64,000 nt of DNA from a virus (lineage: Duplodnaviria; Caudoviricetes), in IMG/VR virus record IMGVR_UViG_3300033121_001676, positions 1-64,000 of that record; one strand, written 5' to 3'. This document shows positions 58,427-64,000 of this stretch, in pieces (positions within the stretch are counted from its first letter, which is position 1; every line of letters starts with the position of its first letter). The notes beneath the pieces were generated by a model. That model was not told the origin of the DNA, did not search any database, and was given only the letters and a program-made list of their open reading frames with translations. A program made the position numbers and the translations under genes.

Positions 58427-59050
58427 GTGGGAAGATTTAATGAATTGATCACTTGCATAAAAAGGAAGGTGAATGTTGATGAATCATTTGAAAAGATATT
58501 GCCTTATTTTGATAGCTATATCAATTTGAAATCTTATCAATGGTCAAAAAATCCAGAATTTACGAGAATGTTTTCAATTGATGATCTTAGAAACATATTT
58601 CTATACAAGACATTCAAATTAGCTGAGAGTTTCAATTACGATGATTCAAAAGATGAAAAAGAGAACTTGAGAATATTTGGTGGTTTATTGAAGAAATCAA
58701 TTACGAATGCTTCAATTGATTTGAACTATAGGGAAACAAGACCGAAGAGATTTGCATCAAACAATATTCAGCCATTGAAAAATGAAGTTGTTGTGAATGA
58801 TGAAGAAGAATTTGTTTTTATTGTCAATGATGGGGATGATTTACAATACAAATTCCTTATTGAAGCAATAATGAGAAAGTTGAGTCCGAATGCTCAAAAG
58901 TGTTTCGAGTTGAAAATCAAAGGTCATAAAAATCGACCAATATCACTTTTAACTGGTCTTAAAGAATCTACTATCGCGTCGATAATGACAAAGGAAATCT
59001 TTCCGGCTGTTGAAGATGAACTTGGAAAAAACATACCCAGAAATTGTTGA
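58427..59050 (+). CDS. phage sigma70-family-like factor
   Basis: DDL.......N..IDL.YR region-2-like and LSP..QK.FEL..GH....IS..TGL.ESTI region-4 HTH. Confidence 0.65.
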   Translation: MGRFNELITCIKRKVNVDESFEKILPYFDSYINLKSYQWSKNPEFTRMFSIDDLRNIFLYKTFKLAESFNYDDSKDEKENLRIFGGLLKKSITNASIDLNYRETRPKRFASNNIQPLKNEVVVNDEEEFVFIVNDGDDLQYKFLIEAIMRKLSPNAQKCFELKIKGHKNRPISLLTGLKESTIASIMTKEIFPAVEDELGKNIPRNC

Positions 59051-59276
59051 TAGTTTTGGTGGTAGGATTAGCATCCAACTATATGATGCTGATCTTGCAA
59101 TACTTGATGTTGTAAATGATTTATCATTCAGAACAAGGGATGCTGATTATTTTTGTCTTGCTGTTGATATGCCGAGATTGATTAGCGGTGTCGGTGTTCT
59201 GAAAAAGAAATCTTTTGACAATGATGTTCTGCAGCTTGCTTTGAGGTATGGGTTAATTCATGCCAACAATAAATAG
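59010..59276 (+). CDS. hypothetical protein
   Basis: Overlapping operon gene. Confidence 0.5.
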   Translation: MKMNLEKTYPEIVDSFGGRISIQLYDADLAILDVVNDLSFRTRDADYFCLAVDMPRLISGVGVLKKKSFDNDVLQLALRYGLIHANNK

Positions 59277-59874
59277 AGAATCATTTTCTAGAACAATTGT
59301 TCAATCTGTAAAAGATTTCAAGAACAACGCTTTCAACGGTGATGTTCCTGAAAACTTAATGCTTGAAGCGATTGAAAATATTGTATCAGGATTTTGTAAA
59401 TCGCTTGAAATTGCAAATGGAAAGAAACCTGCTGGTGAAATTAGAACTTATGTATTGAATCAAATTAGGAATGAGTTGAATATTAATTTGATTCAAAATC
59501 AAATTGACCAAACAAATGAATGGGATGTCGCTGCTTATGATACCTATATGAATTATTATGATGCGAGATTGTTGAGACAAAATCTTTTTATTGGCGCTTC
59601 AAAGTTGATGAGAAAATTGCCATACACAAAGTTGATTCCAGAAGGGATGCCAATCATCCACTACAAACCTGAAAAAGAGTTAGTAGAAAGATTTTATTCA
59701 AAGATAAATGCTATTGATGAAAATCTTATTCTTGAACCTACTTATGATGAAAAGACTCGTTTTTTGATTGGAATTAATGGAGACAGTATTTGGTGTGAAG
59801 GAATTTTTGATTATGCTTCAATTGAACATTATAGATCTGGACAAATTGAAAAGATACCAAAGATTACATCATGA
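59260..59874 (+). CDS. hypothetical protein
   Basis: 204-aa ORF within the operon. Confidence 0.6.
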   Translation: MPTINRESFSRTIVQSVKDFKNNAFNGDVPENLMLEAIENIVSGFCKSLEIANGKKPAGEIRTYVLNQIRNELNINLIQNQIDQTNEWDVAAYDTYMNYYDARLLRQNLFIGASKLMRKLPYTKLIPEGMPIIHYKPEKELVERFYSKINAIDENLILEPTYDEKTRFLIGINGDSIWCEGIFDYASIEHYRSGQIEKIPKITS

Positions 59875-60785
59875 TTGAAAACGCATTTCAGCATTGGCAC
59901 ATTCATTATGATGGCTCAAAGTTTGACGGAATGTGTACGATAAGTGAAGTTGCTGAGGATATTAAACAATATGAAAAACCAGCATATGCAGTCACTGATC
60001 ACGGGACGATGATATCGTGTTTATCACTTCATAGTTTGTGCAAGAAGATTGGTATCAAGTTTGTTCCTGGTTCAGAAATGTATGTTGTTAACAAGAAAGA
60101 TGAAAAGCTTGATGGACCAAAGAAAAGAAAATATGATAAGAAGAGGCATATTGTTCTACTTGCGATGAACCAAAAAGGTTTTGAAAATCTCATCTATTTG
60201 AGTTCACTTGCATCAATGTATTTCTTTAACAAGCCAAGAATTGAACATAAGGACATTTGGGACCATAGTGAAGGAATTATTGTATTGACTGCATGTCTTG
60301 GTGGTCTTGTTTGCTCACCATTGCTTTGGGATGATGCTTCAAGCCAACAAGAAAGATCAGATAATGCTTATAAGATCTCTTGTCAATATAGAGAAGTTTT
60401 TGGTGATAGATTTTATCTTGAAATTCAGCCAGTTGAAAAAGAAGAACAATTGATTGCAAATAATTTCATGTGTGAGTTGCATGAAAAATTTGGATTCAAC
60501 ATCATTGCTACAAATGATGTTCACTACGCAAAGCCTGAACAATTTGAGATGCACGCACGTTTAATAGCCGTCCAAAATAGGTCAAATGAAACTGAACTTG
60601 TATACAAACCAGGGCATCATTTGAGAAATTTAGAAGAAATGAGGAGTGCATTCATTGCAAACGGAATTGCAAAAAGCCATCCCTTTCATGTTGAACATGC
60701 TTTAATGACAGCAAACACACTTGACCAAAGAATGAGCGGTGTTTTGATTGATCGAAAAACAAAAGTTCCGGAGTACAAAGAGTAA
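59871..60785 (+). CDS. stand-alone PHP domain of DNA polymerase III alpha (split DnaE, N-part)
   Basis: HWHIH..SKFDG, AVTDHG, G.EMY, HIVLLA.N..GF.NL, KPRI, ACLGG, YLEIQ, ATNDVHY. Confidence 0.88.
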   Translation: MIENAFQHWHIHYDGSKFDGMCTISEVAEDIKQYEKPAYAVTDHGTMISCLSLHSLCKKIGIKFVPGSEMYVVNKKDEKLDGPKKRKYDKKRHIVLLAMNQKGFENLIYLSSLASMYFFNKPRIEHKDIWDHSEGIIVLTACLGGLVCSPLLWDDASSQQERSDNAYKISCQYREVFGDRFYLEIQPVEKEEQLIANNFMCELHEKFGFNIIATNDVHYAKPEQFEMHARLIAVQNRSNETELVYKPGHHLRNLEEMRSAFIANGIAKSHPFHVEHALMTANTLDQRMSGVLIDRKTKVPEYKE

Positions 60786-62008
60786 TGAGCGAACAGATGC
60801 GTTGGGCATTCAATAGATCTGATCTTCTCCGTTGTCTCGATAATTTGAAATCAACTGTTGGATCAAAAATTAACAACATCTGTGATTGTGTCAGGATCAG
60901 TATCATACCAAAGAGCACAACTGAAGCTCTTGTCTATATTTATGGAACAAATCTCTCTAATTTCGTATGCGTGAGATATGGTGAGATACTTGCTGATGGA
61001 ATTGAATTTGAACTTGAAAAAGAAAGTCATTTGTTAGTTGATCATGAAAAGCTTTTCAAAATCTGTAGGGCAAGTAATCTTGAAAAGGTTGTGATTATTG
61101 AAATTGAACAAGCGAGATATGTAAATGAAGGAGGTGTTGACAAACTTGCGAACGGTGCGAAGTATTGCATTAAGACTGAAGCGAAGAATACAATTATTTC
61201 TAGAGATGTCTTTGAATTTCCACAGGAAGAATTTGAAGGCGATGTAATTGCAGAATACACTTCCGGCCTTTTTCCTGAAATGTGGAGGAAGGCAAGTATT
61301 GCAAAGGGAGAGCTTGATATCAAGAGAACGTGTTTACACTACAATGGTGACATGTTTACTGTCGATTCAACTTTCGCATGTATTGTTGAATCTTTATCAA
61401 AGCTTCGTTTTCCAAAGACGTACAGCATCAATCTAGAAAGCGGGATTGGTGAAATTATTGAAAGAATGTCTGGCAATGTTGTTGTCAAAAAGAATCCAGC
61501 AAACAATAAGATTTGCTTCCTTGATGAATCTAACGGGATCTATATTGCTTGCGGCCTTGCTGTTGAACAGAAGATACCTTATGAAAATGCTTTGAATAAA
61601 CCATACGATTCAAATTTTAGGGTTAGTAAGCAATTGTTTGAATCTGCTCTTAAGCGTGCTGCAATTTTCATTAATGAGAAAGATATAAGTTCAGTTAGAT
61701 TGAATGTTATTAAAGGTGTTGATAGATACATCTTGCTCGTCATTGTTAAGCCACAAGATAACATCAATTCATTTGAAGAAGAAGTTGAACTTGAAAGTGC
61801 AACTGGTGAATTGAATGCAATGTATAAACTCAAAAATCTTATCAAAGCAATCACAAATAATGCAGAGACACATATTGATTTTTGTTGGAGAACAATTGAT
61901 ACTGGCAGGATGATTGATAACACTGCAAGGATTATTGATCAAAAGACAGAGTATCGTTGTAATGCAATTGTCCCTTCAGTTGTGATGGTCACTCAACAAA
62001 ATGGATAA
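60785..62008 (+). CDS. DNA polymerase III beta-like sliding clamp
   Basis: Three-domain size; GTNL, EFP, F.SALKRAA patterns; lies between the DnaE parts. Confidence 0.65.
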   Translation: MSEQMRWAFNRSDLLRCLDNLKSTVGSKINNICDCVRISIIPKSTTEALVYIYGTNLSNFVCVRYGEILADGIEFELEKESHLLVDHEKLFKICRASNLEKVVIIEIEQARYVNEGGVDKLANGAKYCIKTEAKNTIISRDVFEFPQEEFEGDVIAEYTSGLFPEMWRKASIAKGELDIKRTCLHYNGDMFTVDSTFACIVESLSKLRFPKTYSINLESGIGEIIERMSGNVVVKKNPANNKICFLDESNGIYIACGLAVEQKIPYENALNKPYDSNFRVSKQLFESALKRAAIFINEKDISSVRLNVIKGVDRYILLVIVKPQDNINSFEEEVELESATGELNAMYKLKNLIKAITNNAETHIDFCWRTIDTGRMIDNTARIIDQKTEYRCNAIVPSVVMVTQQNG

Positions 62009-62103
62009 TTTGATCTTTGATCCAATTCCACAGGGTCCGCCTCGATTAAAGATCAAGGTAAAGGAATTTGTGGCTGTTGAGATCTTAGAACCAAAAGAAA
62101 AAG

Positions 62104-62757
62104 TTGATAATGGCAAGATCGAGCCAGAAATTAACTACGTTTCAGATTGAAGAAGCTGAAAAAAAGCGTGACGAAAGGATGGTAGAGTTAAGGAACATGG
62201 CAAAAGAAGTTGTAAACCCAACACCGTCACCTGCTCCTCCACCTCAAAGAATCAATGTCCAAAAGGTATTTGTTGCACCGACTATCCCTAACCAGGATGA
62301 AGTTGATAGAATTCTTTCACAATCTATTGTTGTTGAAGACAAACTTCGTGATGTAGCAAGACATGATATTAATCCTCAAAAATCATCAAATCATGTTTCA
62401 AGAAATTCAAGATTCAAATCACTAAGTTTGCAACTTCCTCAAAGAATCCTTTCTTCAAATGAATATGATTTTTTCATTGTCAGAGGGTGTGTCGGGAACC
62501 CATACACAGATGGCAATGTTGCGTTCTATATTTGGAACCATATTCTCAGAGTTCAAAAGAAGAATGGCTCCGCGTACTTTCCTGAATTATTTGATTCGAT
62601 GATGAAATCAGGAGTCCATAGATTATCAAAAGGTATCTATAATTTCATAACAAGGTTTAGAGATGTTGTTGAAATACTTTGTCATGAAAGCATTGCAGTT
62701 CTTATTTATGATGATCAACTTGGAACTTTGAAAATCGTTGATAAACATGCAATCTAA
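62104..62757 (+). CDS. hypothetical protein
   Basis: 217-aa ORF overlapping the DnaE core start. Confidence 0.55.
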   Translation: MIMARSSQKLTTFQIEEAEKKRDERMVELRNMAKEVVNPTPSPAPPPQRINVQKVFVAPTIPNQDEVDRILSQSIVVEDKLRDVARHDINPQKSSNHVSRNSRFKSLSLQLPQRILSSNEYDFFIVRGCVGNPYTDGNVAFYIWNHILRVQKKNGSAYFPELFDSMMKSGVHRLSKGIYNFITRFRDVVEILCHESIAVLIYDDQLGTLKIVDKHAI

Positions 62758-64000
62758 CATTGCAAAGCTTGGTTCAATCTGTATTGAAAAACTCAAAGAT
62801 CTCAGTGAAAAGAATAAGCTTTTCGCTCCTTATATTGATTATCAGAATAGGCTATATTATGAATTGAAAATCATTAAAGATCTTGGTTATGAAAACATAT
62901 TTTTGATTACGAGACAATTTATCAACTACGCTATTGAAAAAGGTGTTGTTGTTGGACCAGGACGTGGTTCAGCAGCAGGATCGCTTGTTTGCTATACTTG
63001 CGGAATTACAAGAGGTGTTGATCCAATTCGTTTCAAACTTAGATTTGAAAGATTCCTCAATCCTGCAAGAGTAACAAGCGCTGATATTGATGTTGATTTT
63101 TCAGATCGTGAAATACCAATCGAATTTCTTAGAAACAAATATGGAAAGAATAGAGTTATTCAGGTTGGGACGAGAGGACTTTTCAAAATTAAGTCTGCAC
63201 TTGATGAATTTGCGAGAGTTTTTGATGTAAGCTTTGATGATGCAAAAAGAATAACTTCATGTTTTGATGCTGATGGTGAAATTTGTAAAGAAAAAGATCT
63301 TGCTGAATGGGAACTTAAGTTCCCTGAATTATTCAAGACAGCAAGATTTTTTGCAAACAGTAGAAGATTTAGAAATCCAAGTAAGCACCCTTCTGCTGTC
63401 ATTGTTACGAATGAACCTATTGGAAAATTAATACCGCTCCAGAGTGTTGTGGATAGCAAAACACATGATAGGGTATTGACAACTGAATGGGATGGAGATG
63501 AACTTGATTCAATCGGTTATACAAAGTTTGACATTCTTAGGGTTAGTGTTCTAAGATTGATCAGTGATGCCATCAATCTCATCAATAAAGAAAAACCTGG
63601 TTCACTTCCGCGACCACAGGATATATTTGATTGGATTGATTTGAATGATAAGAAAACACTTGAACTTGCTGGTAGAGCTGAGTTGATTGGTATTTTCCAA
63701 CTTTGGAAGCCTGAATGCTTAAGGCTCTTCGAAAGCATAACTGTTAGGGGATTTGAAGATTTTTACCATGCGACAACAGTTATTAGACCAGGTATTGATC
63801 GTGATGAATATATCAAATGCCATGAAGATCCAAAAGAGATCAAATATCTTACACCTAAATTAGAGCCAATATTGAAAGATTCGTATGGAATAATTTTGTA
63901 TCAAGAACAAATGATGGATATTTGCCATTACATCGCAGGTTTCACACTTGCAGAAGCAGATACAATTAGGAAGGTTATTGCAAAGACTTCAAATATTGGT
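62747..64000 (+). CDS. dnaE: DNA polymerase III alpha catalytic part (split DnaE, C-part; runs off the window)
   Basis: My translation: RLYYELKII, VGPGRGSAAGSLV, DPI.F.L.FERFLNP.R, DIDVDF, KFDIL, IRPG, YGIILYQEQMM. Confidence 0.92.
   Translation, partial: MQSNIAKLGSICIEKLKDLSEKNKLFAPYIDYQNRLYYELKIIKDLGYENIFLITRQFINYAIEKGVVVGPGRGSAAGSLVCYTCGITRGVDPIRFKLRFERFLNPARVTSADIDVDFSDREIPIEFLRNKYGKNRVIQVGTRGLFKIKSALDEFARVFDVSFDDAKRITSCFDADGEICKEKDLAEWELKFPELFKTARFFANSRRFRNPSKHPSAVIVTNEPIGKLIPLQSVVDSKTHDRVLTTEWDGDELDSIGYTKFDILRVSVLRLISDAINLINKEKPGSLPRPQDIFDWIDLNDKKTLELAGRAELIGIFQLWKPECLRLFESITVRGFEDFYHATTVIRPGIDRDEYIKCHEDPKEIKYLTPKLEPILKDSYGIILYQEQMMDICHYIAGFTLAEADTIRKVIAKTSNIG

Noticed and set aside
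1-64000. Alternative genetic code or integrated prophage boundaries
   Set aside because: Core genes are intact in code 11 with all three stop codons in use; no integrase, att site or host housekeeping genes are visible.

Overview
This is a 64-kb segment of a large tailed dsDNA phage with a siphovirus-like tail module. Essentially all credible genes are on the + strand. The order is: (1) 1-11 kb, a mosaic early region of small ORFs driven by repeated promoter cassettes, with two GC-rich blocks (1-1303 and about 9090-10680); the second carries clustered sigma54-type sites and a type II hammerhead ribozyme. (2) 11365-13419, a non-coding array of about 60 units with a 33-nt period and two short repeats flanking two variable 9-nt segments, i.e. 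a TIGR-like guide RNA array. (3) An accessory region with a RecD/Dda-like helicase, three of the four tRNA genes, an HD hydrolase, a lyase-like barrel, a macrodomain and a nuclease-less IS110/Nop-domain protein (TasA-like, 19507-20436), the likely partner of the array. (4) Packaging, head and tail genes, including a glycosyltransferase, a glycoside-hydrolase-like protein and a -1 frameshifted tail chaperone. (5) A replication module: intein-containing SF2 helicase, putative origin, DnaC-like loader, DnaB, primase, sigma-like factor, sliding clamp and a DnaE split into separate PHP and polymerase genes. The main candidate system is a compact, trans-located, nuclease-less TIGR-Tas-like RNA-guided DNA-binding system. 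All family assignments come from motif recognition by eye; no database searches were run.
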